A stretch of 59,888 nt of DNA, filler included, from Basidiobolus ranarum (lineage: Eukaryota), in NCBI GenBank assembly GCA_040143965.1. It is 2 parts of 2 records of this genome, joined end to end, with 100 filler letters (N's around TTAATTAATTAA, not from the genome) between each part and the next. Parts side by side here need not be neighbours in the genome. Positions count along the whole stretch, not along the records: positions 30,034 to 59,888 come from JASJQH010006978.1; 1 more part is not named here. One strand, written 5' to 3'. Below, piece by piece: positions 48,170 through 59,888 of the stretch (position 1 is the first letter of the stretch; each line of letters starts with the position of its first letter). A program made the position numbers and the translations under genes. Below the pieces are notes generated by a model, which saw only the letters and a program-made list of their open reading frames with translations, ran no database searches and was not told the DNA's origin.

Positions 48170-48329
48170 GTAAGTAGATTTATTCCTAGCTATCCATATT
48201 TCGTATGCATCCATTCATCGTAGTGGGATTCACTATTTCTCGAGGATGAAGATCTCTTTTATGAGTTCAATAATGTAAACGATGCCGTAGTTGCTTGATC
48301 TCAGTTTAGCTGATATTTTTTGTTTATAG
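48170..48329 (+). other. 5'-UTR (leader) intron of RPS2, preceded by a pyrimidine-rich TOP-like start
   Basis: GTAAGT donor 48170, branch-like GCTGAT ~48309, TAG acceptor 48329 four nt before the ATG, ctccccttttt tract at ~48141. Confidence 0.7.
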
Positions 48330-48333
48330 CAAA

Positions 48334-49252
48334 ATGGCTGATACTACAGCACCAACTGAAAGTCGCGGTGGTAATGCTTCATCAGTTCATGTTATCATTT
48401 AGTGTCGGTTGATTGATCCTGTTTGTTGTTACATTAGGACGCGGTGGTTTTGGACGTGGTCGTGGCGGCAGAGGCGGCCGTGGTGGACGTGGTCGCAGAG
48501 GTGGTCGTAACGATGAAGAGAAGCAATGGTAGAATCATCAATTCTCCAATAAGTTACCACTGTACATTCACTAATGGATCTTCTTTAGGGTTCCTGTAAC
48601 CAAGCTTGGTCGTCTCGTTAAGGATGGCAAGATCAAGTCCATGGAGCAAATCTATTTGTTCTCTCTTCCTGTCAAGGAGTTCCAAATCATCGACTATTTC
48701 CTTCCCAGCTTGAAGGATGAAGTTGTCAAGATTATGCCAGTTCAAAAGCAAACCACTGCTGGTCAGAGAACCCGTTTCAAGGCTTTCGTTCTTATCGGTG
48801 ACTCTGATGGCCATGTCGGTCTTGGTGTCAAGTGCGCCAAGGAAGTTGCCACCGCTATTCGTGGTGCCATCATCCTTGCTAAGCTCAGCATCATCCCCGT
48901 TCGTAGAGGTTATTGGGGATCCTCCCTCGGTGCTCCCCACACTGTCCCAGCCAAGGTCACCGGTAAGTGTGGTTCCACTGTCACTCGTTTGGTCCCTGCC
49001 CCTCGTGGTACTGGTATCGTTGCCGCTCCTACTCCCAAGAAGCTTTTGCAACTTGCTGGTATTACCGATTGTTACACCACTGCCCGTGGTTCTACTCGTA
49101 CCTTGGGTAACTTTGTCAAGGCTACTTTCGCAGCTATTGGTCATACCTACACTTTCTTAACCCCCGATTTGTGGGCTGAGACTCAATTCTCAGTTGGTCC
49201 TTTCCAAGAGTACTCCGACTACTTGTCCAAGACTCAAAAGAACAAGATCTAA
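48334..49252 (+). CDS. RPS2: 40S ribosomal protein S2 (uS5), 3 coding exons
   Basis: RGG-rich N-terminus; [43 protein letters not shown]; strong codon bias. Confidence 0.97.
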
Positions 49253-49799
49253 ATGAGTGTTCTTTGTTCTTGTTCCCACCCATTTATCCATAAAACATAC
49301 TTCATTGTGAGCGAGTTAGTTAGCCCAATTGATCATGTGTTTACTTACCCTTGTGCTGTATTCTAATTCTCGGTCCTTCGTTCCGAAAAAAAGACTAATA
49401 AAAGTGCTAAAATCACTACCTGATCAAGATTTTTAGTAGAGAGGTGTAGTGTGAGCAGAGCAGAGATCTGTTAGAAAGAGTGCCGGATTTTGACGGAGTT
49501 TCCAGTGAAATGGGTATAATTTTGGTTGATTCCTCTTCATTAGTTACGATTTTAATAAAATATCCATCCCCTTCCATTCCTATTTATATGCTAGTGTAAT
49601 TACTCCAAGGTTCCCCTTTCTTTATCACGTGACGAGACAGGATCACCATTGCATGAACAAAAGTAAAAGAACCCAGTCTCTCCCAAAAATCATATCATTG
49701 AGGACACCGAGTAAATACCAGGATATAAGAAAATCCATCGTAACATAGACCAACTCGAGGCGAAAAGCAGTATCTACCAACACAACATAGACCTTCAAT

Positions 49800-50696
49800 A
49801 TGGAGTCAGGATTTACACTTAAAAAGTCGTTTATTTCAGAGGAGAGTGTAGAAGAGATTAAGCGTAAAAAGCAAGAAGAGTGGGAAAAAGCGTATGAGAA
49901 TGCGGAAATAAGTACAGTATTTATTTCATTTCAAAGAGCAAGAAATTTCTTGAAATTCCAAGATTATTTATAAAGTATTATTATTCATGGGGTTTCTTTT
50001 TTTTCTGTTATTGTAGAACCACCAGTGGAAGAATATGATGCACGTCCACTTTATCAACGTTTAGCTGAACAAAGAATAATAAAAGAGGAAGCCATTTTGG
50101 AAGCAGCTAAATTTAGTGAGTTTATTTTCTTTTAAAGGGAATTTTTCTTTCCGTTTTGTTGTATTCATAAGGAACTAAATATCAAATGTATATTTAGGTA
50201 ACTTGATCCATCGAATTGACGATGATGAGTTTGATTTTTTAAAAACTTTGGATGATGAAGAACGTAAAAAGAAGATTGATCTACTTAAACAAGAACGAGA
50301 TGAGTTAGAGAAATATCGAAAGTAAGTGAATTTCAGTTTAGGTTCTTTTTGAAAAAGAGAGAAGTATTGATTTTAGAACAAAATATTTATAGAGCTGTTA
50401 AAGAAGCTTCTCAAAGTACTGTAGCCGAACCCAATACGACTATTGTATCAAAGGTTAATTTGGATTCAAAACCACGTAAAAGAGATTTACAAAGAGATAT
50501 ACTTCAAAGTGCTATTAAGAAACGACGTGATTCTGGAGGGGAAAGTCAATCTTCAAGTAAAAAACAAATGACTAGATCTGATACTACCACCGTTAGTCTT
50601 CCAAAAACTACAAAATCAAATCCCTCATCAGAACAAATTACCACTACAAATCCTCTTCTAGGACTGGTTGATTATTCAGACGAAGAGAGTGAATAG
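49800..50696 (+). CDS. FAM192A/PSME3IP1/NIP30 (Fyv6-like) protein, 4 exons
   Basis: FISEESVEEIKRKKQEEWEK; EEYDARPLYQRLAEQR; F|SNLIHRIDDDEFDFL; C-terminal GLVDYSDEESE. Confidence 0.88.
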
Positions 50697-50784
50697 AGAT
50701 ATGTAGGATGAATAACAATAGAATAAAGGATATATATATATATATAGCAAGTGTTTAATTTGTTCTGCAAAATGGAATGGTTTC

Positions 50785-51794
50785 TCAATAGAAAGCTATA
50801 GTATGAAGAATATGAAGTGGACTTTTGGTACTAAATGACAATAGAATATTTTCCATTTCTTCTTCGAAATCTTTGGCTTGATCGATCTGAAAAGTGATAA
50901 ATGAATGGGAAGAGTTAACGAGAGACCAGATGTCATAATAAAATATTGGATGAATTTACCATAGTAGCCAGTTGTAAAATCCATCTACCACCGATAGCTG
51001 CATCTTCATGATTATCCTTGATTTCTACATTCACTACATGAACAGGGAAACTATATTTCCCTCCACGAACGGCAAGTTCTTGAAAGTATTTACAAGTTAG
51101 TACCAAAGAACGAGGGAAAGATAAATTTATTAAAAGTTAAAGAACCACCTTCACATACTGCATCGTAGCATCTTTCTTCGCAAGTGAATATCACGTCAAA
51201 AGTTTCCTTAGAATCCTGAAAACGTTCTGGTGCTCGTTTAATCTTACGGTTACGATCAAGCATATTTAATAAACCGTTTTGAGTATATCTAAAAGAAGGA
51301 AAGAGGGAAGGAAATATGGTGGGATTTATTAAAAGGTTGACTGAATAAACTAACTAAAACTTCCATTATTTCATAGAAGTGAATGGATGGAACCTACAAG
51401 TTGAAATCTTTCCCTTTTAGTTCGTTATAAATCGTATCATACGGCGTACCAAATTGATAAATATTAGGTTTATCTATAGCTGAACCGGGAAGTCTTACTG
51501 CACTTCCAGTCCCATACGAGGAAATGTTGAAGCCTTTCTTCCTGAAAGTAAAAAAGAAAAGGGGGAAATGTTCCCCCAAAATAACCTCCATTAACTTTCT
51601 TTTCATCACTTTAAGTACATTTTATGTCTTATATGGTTGAAAGAGAAGACTAACTAACTCGAGTGAATAGCCGTAACTCATCAAATGCAACAAACAAAAA
51701 ACTCTCACTGTTGGATCACTACTTACTGAAGTACATGGTGGGCTTCCATGCTACGGTTTTGATTACTAGCACATATGACAGCAAACTTGGCCAT
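50785..51794 (-). CDS. SSU72: RNA polymerase II CTD phosphatase Ssu72, 5 exons
   Basis: [19 protein letters not shown] (CX5R); [53 protein letters not shown]; ends LHTIAFY*. Confidence 0.95.
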
Positions 51795-52025
51795 ATTGGA
51801 GAAACAGTCAAAGATGAATACGTGAGTAGAATGAATTTTTATAATCAGATTTCGATTTTTTCCTTATTGATTTTGACCAATGAATCAGGTTTATTTCTCT
51901 TTAGATGAAGTACAAATATTGAATTTGACGAGATGTGGATAAGAGATATGCAAAGATGTTCAAAATAACCGAAACAAGACCTTGGAAATCTATAAATATG
52001 ATGTGATGCAAATGTGTGAATCTAT

Positions 52026-55000
52026 TTAATGTCCCCTAAGTGAGGTCTTGGAGATCATCTTGCGTTGAGATTTCTTCTTGGTTTTCTTGGGTGCAGGGGA
52101 GTCATCGTTAATGTAATGCACTAAATCCTCAATGGGGAGATGTCCTCTGGAGCCAGCAACTGCTTGGTCCAATGGGTGACTTTGAAGAGCACTAGTTTCG
52201 GTGACTTCCTCGCGAAGTTGTTGCATGGCAAAGTGCTTCTCGTGAAGTTTCAATTTAGCCATATAGACAGCATTGGCGGTTAAGTCTTGAAGCCATTGCG
52301 AACTTTCCATGGTCTTGGGGTCTTCGGGGCCAAGGTTTTGATGGAAGACCTTGAATGCGGTCTTCTCAATGGACAAAGCGGTCTTGAAATCACCGGTAAG
52401 AGCATATGCTTTGGCAAGAGAGTGGTTGCTACCAGCAGTGAGGACATGATCCTCTCCTAAGATACTTTGATGGGTATCTCTGGCGCGTTCAAAGAAGACT
52501 TTACTTAATTCAAAGTCACGAAGAGTCTGTAACATCACCGCAATATTGTTATCGGTTGTAGTGGAGTCAGGATGACCAGGACCATAGATGATATCCCAGA
52601 AGTTAAGAGCATGCTTGATATATTTGAGGGCCAATTTGGTGTTTCCATTGGCGTGTTCGAATAACGCAAGATTCAAGTAATTATGAATGGTATCAGGGTT
52701 ATCAAGACCACATGTTCTTTCCGAAACAATCACTGCCTTTCTCTGGAAGTCAATGGCAGATTCTTCATCTCCAGCATGGTGATAAATCATAGCTAGAGCG
52801 GCATAACATCTACCGGTTTCTGGGTGAAGGAAGCCATAAGATTGCTCATGAAGTGCCAATGATTCCTGGAGTAGTTCAAGTCCAAGCTCGCGCTGGCCTT
52901 GAGCCAAGCTGATTTTACCTGCTTCAAATGCTTCTTCAGCAAAGATACATTTAGGAGTGGCTTCCTTGGCAATGGGAACAATGTTAATAATGTCCTCGGG
53001 AATGAAAGTGGTGGAGATCACAGGCTTGCCCTTAGACAGCTTGGGTTGAGATTGTTCCATAGCTTCAAAGTGATAATCCTTGGCATGTACTTGGATACCA
53101 ACTCTTTGGCAAATCTCGCGTAGAAGGGGAAGCTTCTTAATTTTAGATTGCAAGTAACCCTCGGCAAGCTTATATCTGAATCGTAAGACAATTTCATCAT
53201 AAATCTTAGTCTTCAACTCAGCAGGAGTAAGTGAGGCGTAGGCGAAATCAGTCTTGGTTGAGGGGGTTGGGTTGGGGTTATGGGCAACACCAAGAAGACA
53301 ATTGAAGAAATGGGAGATGCAATCAGCAACATAGATTTGAGGTAGTTCTCGCAAGTAATTACGAAGAATACGCTTGGAGGCACGAATGATCATCTCTTGC
53401 ACAGTTAGATCAGTAATTTGAACTAGGCGAGCATTATCAATGGATCCAGCCAAAGTGGCAATTCTACCCAGATATCTCATGTTGATACCACGCTTATGCA
53501 TGATATTGGTAAGCGCGTTACCATCAATGGGAGAAACCAGGTAGGTGCTCAAATCGATGACTAGATTGGGGACGACGATTGTTTGTAAGAATTTAGAAGC
53601 TTCTCTAACAGCAGCCTCTTGTTCAACCAGCTTAGGATCCTTTTCGCCATTCTCACCTGTCACAGTCTTAATATCAGTGAAGGCATCAGGGTTGAAAGCA
53701 AGCTTGAAGTTGGCTACATCTTCAGCGGTAACTTCATAATCAGTCTCGGCACTTGGTTCATCAACGGCCACATCAGATTGCTCAGAGGCCTTAGTTTCAT
53801 CATTAACAGCCTTCTCAGCTTGTCCCTCTTCTGAATCTGTGGACTTTTGCTTTTGAGCAGCTTCCATCTTTTCTTTAATATATTGTCTAAATCTATGTTC
53901 CCAATATAAGTCAACAAGCTCTGGTCTCAACAAGGTCATCTTATGAGGGTAAGCTGGTAAGTCTTCCTCTTGTTTGGGAGAGCAACATTCCTGTTGTTGG
54001 AACTCGATATCGACAGGATTGATTCTGTATAAATCAAGAAGGTATCTACGACCATCATCTCCTAAAAGACCCTTGGTTTCAAGAGAAGTGAACAAGTCCT
54101 TTTTCTCACCCTTCTCATTCAAAACAGTATGTTCATCAATGTGAAGGGCTTTAGCAAGTTGACCGACCAATTCATGGAATTTCTCCTCGGCTGCTACGGT
54201 AACACCATTGTCAACGGATCCGTAGATGATAGAGTTATCATCTTGTCTTCTAAAGATTCCAGAAACAATGCTCTGTGCCACGATACGAATACCCTTATAA
54301 TCAACAACGGCACTTCCCAAAGAATGGAGATTTTCAACATCAACACCATTTAAAGCGCGGGCACCTTCGATATCCTTACCAGCGGCAACGTGAGCTGCTT
54401 CATCACCACCTAATTTCTCGAAAGCTCCACGACCATCGAACCCTTTACTGAAGAAGATATTGTTGTGGATATACATATGAGATTCTGAGGGGTCCAATGG
54501 ATTTACTGGGACAACGTTTCCGTCCACAATGGAAATGGCCCCTTTAATGGCGGCCTCGGCAAAGTCAGAGTTTACTTTATTCAAGAGTCGGTCACGGAAG
54601 ACACGTTCTTGCAAATTAGTACGAGGAAGCTCACGATGGGATTGAATCTCCTCATTCCAATCACGGAAAGAATCGGCAGCATCGGTACCAAAGTTAAGAT
54701 ATGGCTCAGCAATACGGCAAAGATCACTGGTATGAGCAGTAGGCTTAACACACCAAGGATGTGAAGTAATCGACGAAGGAACAGGAAGGATCTCGAGGAC
54801 TTGATGACGAGTAATGAACTCTTGAAGTTCTTTGAACTTTTGAGTGAATAAAGGTGACAACTTTTGTAGTAAGGTAATCAATGAATGGCTCTCAAATGAT
54901 TTGGCGCCAACACGTGGATTAGGATCAAAAGATTGAACTGTGGATTTGCTGACATAGAACCCTGAAACTGAAGAAGTAATATTGACCACTTCATTCTCAA

Positions 55001-55975
55001 GCGTAGTAACAGTCAAGTACATGAGATCTCCCTTCATTTTGCGATAATGAGGCACTGGGTTCCATCCTGAGAAGGAGAGATTCTTTAAACAGCGAATGGG
55101 TGATCTTTGGAAGTCAGCAGGGAAAAATTGAGAGAGTGGGAATCGAGAATTCATTGGATACTTAGAGAAAACATGCTCTACTGGAGTTTGCTCCTTAGGG
55201 TCCGCAACTTCTTTTTCATTTTCTTCTTTAACATCTGAAGAATCAATCGAGCTCGTGTTAATAGTGCTAAGCGATAAGGATAAAATGTGATGCAACTTAA
55301 GTTATTACCAAGATCATCACCGGAGATAGCGGTAAAGAGAGGTATAGCCGAGTCAACACCAACGGCAAAAGCGTTGGATTTGATAGGGCCAGCCAAAAGA
55401 TCCTTGAGTCTGATAAGGTGAATACGAGCCTCCTGCTCAGTATATACATCTATGAGGAACTAGTTGAGTATCAAAGTAACAAAACGAAGCAAAGGAAAGG
55501 ATTGGAAACATTTATACCTTCCACTAGGGTAAGCTGGCTCTCAGGGCTAAGTCCTTCTACTTCGGCCAAAGTGACAAAGTCGTTGAGCTTTTGCCCTTCA
55601 AGAGATAAATAGAAGCAAGAGTATATGCAGGTTTCAGGTGATTCTACCAAAGCTTGACGAACATCGCGAATGGTTTCTTGTGGATTAACCTGGAGTTGAC
55701 AAGGATAAATGTTCAACGAGTTGAAAGGAAAGAGTAAAAAAGCAAAAACTGTATACTTACAAGAACTTGTGTTTGACTTCCACCGGGAAGAATAACATTG
55801 AGTTCAAAAGAATCATCGACTACCTCATCTAAAAAAGTTGGCCTTATTAATTGTAAGATAGATTTGGTGAATGTTTAGTGTACAAACCAGTGTTTTGTTC
55901 AACAGTAGTCTCTTCCGCTTCAACAGTGGCGGCTACAAGTTCCGGTTGAGTGTTAGTATCTTCAGCTTGCACCAT
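52026..55975 (-). CDS. CLU1: Clustered mitochondria protein Clu1/CLUH, 5 exons
   Basis: CLU_N (QETIRDVRQAL...YTEQEARIHLIRLKDLL); SGWNPVPHYRKMKGDLMYL; RDWNEEIQ; VDYKGIRIVAQSIV; GDDGRRYLLDL; HKRGINMRYLG; C-terminal TPRs. Confidence 0.96.
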
Positions 55976-56797
55976 GGTTTCTGAGAATATTGGGGGTGAA
56001 GTTCAAGAAGAAGAATAGACTGACTAAAGAAATACAGCTAACTATAGGTTTGTAAATTTATATGATGGCCAGGCAAAAATCACAAGCTTGCTTCGGAACA
56101 AATACAGAATAAATCAAGTCGAAAGTGAACAAATTCCATTCCAATCAAATTTTTTAGGGCGGCCACTTTAAAAGCCACTCTGATGAATATATACAATGTT
56201 TTGAATAGATGATACTTTATTACCCCAAGAATCCATTTCTAAACCTATTGACCAATAATCTTTCTCTATCACCGAATTCGGTGATCATATATCCCTAACC
56301 CCTAAGCAATATATACTTGTCGCAACATGAGAGAGCCCTCTGTGATTTGCCTGAACAATGGTGAGAAGATATGATAGCCATAGTAAAAATCACCATTGAA
56401 ATAAGTTTATTGCTAGCATTAGTGTCATGGAGCTGACTAAATCTTCTTTTCCTCAGCTCTACTAATGTAGCAATAAAGATTGCTGTCTCATCATTTAAAA
56501 TCAAGTGTAGTCTTTCAGGATGAGAAGCAATATGTTGATAGTGGATTGAATTAGAAAACATATTGACTGCAAGTAACTATGACATAATATGGTTTTCAAG
56601 CAGTAGAAGGCAGATCTAAATGGTTTCTGAGAATATAGAATCAAGAGTTTGAAATGGTAGTCAATGAATAATATCCCGAAGACTAGGTACACTCCCACTC
56701 ATCACTTTTTTTGAGGTGCCAATATATCTGCATTCATTGCATGATTCAACTTCACGTTTAAAGAATAACCTCAGAGATATTCCCTTGAACAAACGAA

Positions 56798-56893
56798 TTA
56801 TCTTAACTGATCACATAACCTTCCTTATATCTATGGAGTATATATTTATCTTAGCTGATCACATAACCTTCCTTATATCTATGGAGTATATAT
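56798..56893 (+). repeat. 48-bp tandem duplication
   Basis: ttatctta(a/g)ctgatcacataaccttccttatatctatggagtatatat x2, one mismatch. Confidence 0.9.
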
Positions 56894-57184
56894 AATAGTT
56901 TCACTACTGAAAACTTTACTATATCAAAATGCTAATGATTTGCTAGACTCTAATGAGTATTGTAATAATTTAATACAGCGTAAGAACTGATCATCAAAGT
57001 TACATCGCGTCTCCATTGGTGGCTGATAGTGTTCGTAGTTGCCTTAACTTTCTCGCTACCCTATACCTAACCACCATGAGATACGGACAATCAAAGTTAA
57101 ATGAAAACCGAAATGTACTAAGCTTGTTTCTGATTAACGAGCAACTAATCCAAATTTTCGGAGTTTTTTATCCAAGATATCTTA

Positions 57185-57260
57185 AACTCATACCACAATC
57201 AACATGGATAAAATCAACGCTCACTTCGAAAATGTTACTTATTTATCAAGAAGCTGATAA
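57185..57260 (+). pseudogene. Decayed 5' fragment of a CsbD-like gene
   Basis: caatcaacATGGATAAAATCAACGCTCAC (MDKINAH; ATG 57204) matches the leader and start of the intact copies, then degenerates. Confidence 0.6.
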
Positions 57261-57441
57261 TGATACTTGAATCGAACTTTATAGCCGGCCTAAGTGCACA
57301 ACTAGATACATACGTGGTTTAGGGAAGGCTTGTTTTACATGAAAATGATTTTAAAAGAGTATATCTAAGCATTGAATATGATTTAGAGATGGTTTATTTT
57401 ACATAGCTTAGAAATAGTACATTAAAAGACTGCTGCTCATT

Positions 57442-57732
57442 CTAGTTGGAGTTAGCATCCATACGAGCATCTCCCTTGGTGGCTCCAACCTTGCCTTCAG
57501 CTTGCATTTGTTCGTTACCAATGGCCGAGCCAACGGTATCTTTAACATTGCCCTTCAGCTTTTCACCAGCACCTTGAGCATATCCTTGGGCCTGGGCAAC
57601 CTTATACTCGGCATCAGCCTGAGCTTGTTTGGCTGCTCCTTCGGCTTGCATTTGTTCATTACCGAGAACACTTCCAGCGGTTTCTTGGACGTAACCAGTA
57701 GCGTATTTGACGTTAGCATTGACTTTATCCAT
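57442..57732 (-). CDS. CsbD-like / Hmp1-like stress protein, copy A
   Basis: 96 aa with two internal GNEQMQAEG repeats; TATA upstream. Confidence 0.88.
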   Translation of the reverse strand: MDKVNANVKYATGYVQETAGSVLGNEQMQAEGAAKQAQADAEYKVAQAQGYAQGAGEKLKGNVKDTVGSAIGNEQMQAEGKVGATKGDARMDANSN

Positions 57733-58410
57733 ATTGAGTTGATTGCAGTTCGAGTGAAAGTTAATTGTGCATTCAACTAAGAAGCCTACCTATTTTTATA
57801 ATGTTAATCAAAAAATCTCAGTGAGACAAAATAAATACTAATAGTAGATTCACCAAGCAAACACGTAATTTGACGTTTTCATTTTTGTTACTGACGTTAG
57901 TATTGCATCCCAACCATAACATTGGTAAATAAATCTTTTTTCAGATGAATACATCGTTATGACCTCACAAATCGAGTCTTCCAACTTATAGACATTTAGG
58001 AATAACTAATGGACAATGATCACAAAGCAAGTATCCAATATCGGGAATTTTCGCCTAATGAATTTAATACGTTCGCTATTATAAATGAAATTGGGATTAA
58101 ATATTTTCAATCCAAACTTAAGCAGTCAATGTACACATGGATATTAATTCCAACTAGAACGCCTATTTGCTTTCAAGTGCAACGTTTCGAGAGCATGTAG
58201 ATGTAAAATAAATTACCTTATATAATATCGTCTTTTTAAAAAATTAATGCATACGTACACAACTAGTAAGATTAGATAATCTCCAAGTATATTATTTGTA
58301 AGTTAAATTATTCACCATTCTTTGAGGCAACATTGTATATCTTTTTATTTTACATATAATTAATGTGGTAGTGGATGCAGTAGTGGATGCATTCTAACAT
58401 AGAGCTCTGT

Positions 58411-58701
58411 TTAGTTGGAATTGGCATTCATACGAGCATCTCCTTTGGTGGCTCCAACCTTGCCTTCAGCTTGCATCTGCTCGTTGCCAATGGCTGAGCC
58501 AACGGTGTCCTTGACATTGCCCTTCAGTTTCTCACCAGCACCTTGAGCATATCCTTGAGCTTGAGCAGCCTTGTATTCGGCATCAGCTTGAGCTTGTTTG
58601 GCTGCTCCTTCAGCCTGCATTTGTTCGTTTCCGAGGACACTTCCAGCGGTTTCTTGAACGTAACCAGTAGCGTATTTGACGTTAGCGTTGACTTTATCCA
58701 T
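58411..58701 (-). CDS. CsbD-like / Hmp1-like stress protein, copy B
   Basis: 96 aa; differs from copy C by one residue (D to N near the C-terminus). Confidence 0.88.
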   Translation of the reverse strand: MDKVNANVKYATGYVQETAGSVLGNEQMQAEGAAKQAQADAEYKAAQAQGYAQGAGEKLKGNVKDTVGSAIGNEQMQAEGKVGATKGDARMNANSN

Positions 58702-59110
58702 GTTGAGTTGATGGTAGTGTGAGTTTGAGATATTTTGACTGAATTCTCGAAATCCACTTCAATTTATACTGAGATCAGTCAGTAAATTTGTACCAGTTTC
58801 ATTACATCAATAATTTCTAATATTGGATAATATATTTAAGGTCATTGTCATTCAATTCTCCATATCATAAGTGTATTTTTCTGATGTCATAATTATGTAT
58901 TTGTCCCGAAGTGGATATCAAACCACAAGTTAGTAACGTCAAAGAAGTCCCATAAATGAAAATGGGAGTTTGTTAATCTATTGTTAGCAAGAACTTCGTC
59001 ATCTTGAAACTCCGAGATCACTATTTGTTAACCAAAACAATATAAAAGAAGGAGCAGTTCTTACTTGTATATACAAACAAACTTTTCATTCGAACCACAA
59101 TCAACCCAAC

Positions 59111-59401
59111 ATGGATAAAGTCAACGCTAACGTCAAATACGCTACTGGTTACGTTCAAGAAACCGCTGGAAGCGTTCTTGGTAACGAACAAATGCAGGCC
59201 GAAGGAGCAGCCAAACAAGCTCAAGCTGATGCCGAATACAAGGCCGCTCAAGCTCAAGGATATGCTCAAGGTGCTGGCGAGAAACTGAAGGGCAATGTCA
59301 AGGACACCGTTGGCTCAGCCATTGGTAACGAACAAATGCAAGCTGAAGGCAAGGTTGGAGCCACCAAGGGAGATGCTCGCATGGATGCTAACTCCAACTA
59401 G
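59111..59401 (+). CDS. CsbD-like / Hmp1-like stress protein, copy C
   Basis: 96 aa; TATAAAA at ~59041; head-to-head with copy B. Confidence 0.88.
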   Translation: MDKVNANVKYATGYVQETAGSVLGNEQMQAEGAAKQAQADAEYKAAQAQGYAQGAGEKLKGNVKDTVGSAIGNEQMQAEGKVGATKGDARMDANSN

Positions 59402-59659
59402 AATGAGCAGCAGCCTTTTGATGTACTATTTCAAAATCATGTATAATAAACTATCCCTAAATCATATCTGCACATATTACGTTGCTAAATGTTAATATGA
59501 GTGCTAACTCGAGTTAGGGTAATCTCTAATTCTTAGTTTACTTCATTTACATACTCAGGTAAAATACGATAATTAATGGTATAAGAGTTTTACTATCTGT
59601 ACATTGTTGTAATTTCTGCAACTATATACTCTACTACGAAATCAAATAAAGCACTAATT

Positions 59660-59846
59660 ACGCTCAAGATATAGTTAGCAACCTAATCAATGAGCAAATG
59701 AAAGCTGAAGGTGCCACTAAACGAATCCAAGCAGATACCGAGTATAATACGGACCTGACTAAACGAAATGCTCAAAATCTGAGCGAAGGATAATACGGGA
59801 AATGTCAAAGGCACCACCGGATCAGCCATTAGTAACAATTAAATGC
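59660..59846 (+). pseudogene. Decayed CsbD-like copy
   Basis: NEQMKAEGATKRIQADTEYN... then ggaaatgtcaaaggcaccaccggatcagccattagtaac; aligns to the intact copies with a stop and a frameshift. Confidence 0.75.
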
Positions 59847-59888
59847 GTACAAAATAATCTTGTCACGCCATATGGAATGGAGATAGTA

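Noticed and set aside
48554-49144. 196-aa antisense ORF over RPS2 (and similar antisense ORFs over AsnRS, MTHFR, CLU1 and the CsbD copies)
   Set aside because: Shadow ORFs caused by strong codon bias on the coding strand.
56295-56700. CpG-poor stretch with short ORFs, possibly a transposon relic
   Set aside because: No transposase, RT or integrase motif recognisable in the frames I translated.

Overview
Eukaryotic, AT-rich, gene-dense fungal DNA with many short (~55-90 nt) GT-AG introns. The gene repertoire and the U12-type introns point to an early-diverging fungus (Zoopagomycota/Mucoromycota-like; inference). The window is two contigs joined by an artificial N44-TTAATTAATTAA-N44 linker at 29934-30033. 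Left part: GOT1, PEX12, MTHFR, Utp8/NOL11-like, RTF2, two tandem intronless PPR genes, an orphan ORF, an ICME-like alpha/beta-hydrolase lacking its catalytic serine, asparaginyl-tRNA synthetase, two secreted proteins, and a decayed Fanzor (eukaryotic TnpB-like) gene cut by the contig end. Right part: a bacterial-like DUF4385 gene, a DUF7137-like surface protein, an ABCG half-transporter, casein kinase I, JMJD7, an auxin-efflux-carrier-family transporter, a RasGAP, RPS2, FAM192A/NIP30, SSU72, CLU1 and a cluster of three intact plus two decayed CsbD-like genes. Most notable: the Fanzor relic with CpG-type decay, two candidate minor-spliceosome introns, a 24-repeat PPR whose code reads as a G-rich target, the Ser-to-Gly pseudo-esterase and the DUF4385 HGT candidate. 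Gene models were spliced by eye and family calls rest on recalled motifs, not database searches. I found no clearly intact novel multi-gene system.
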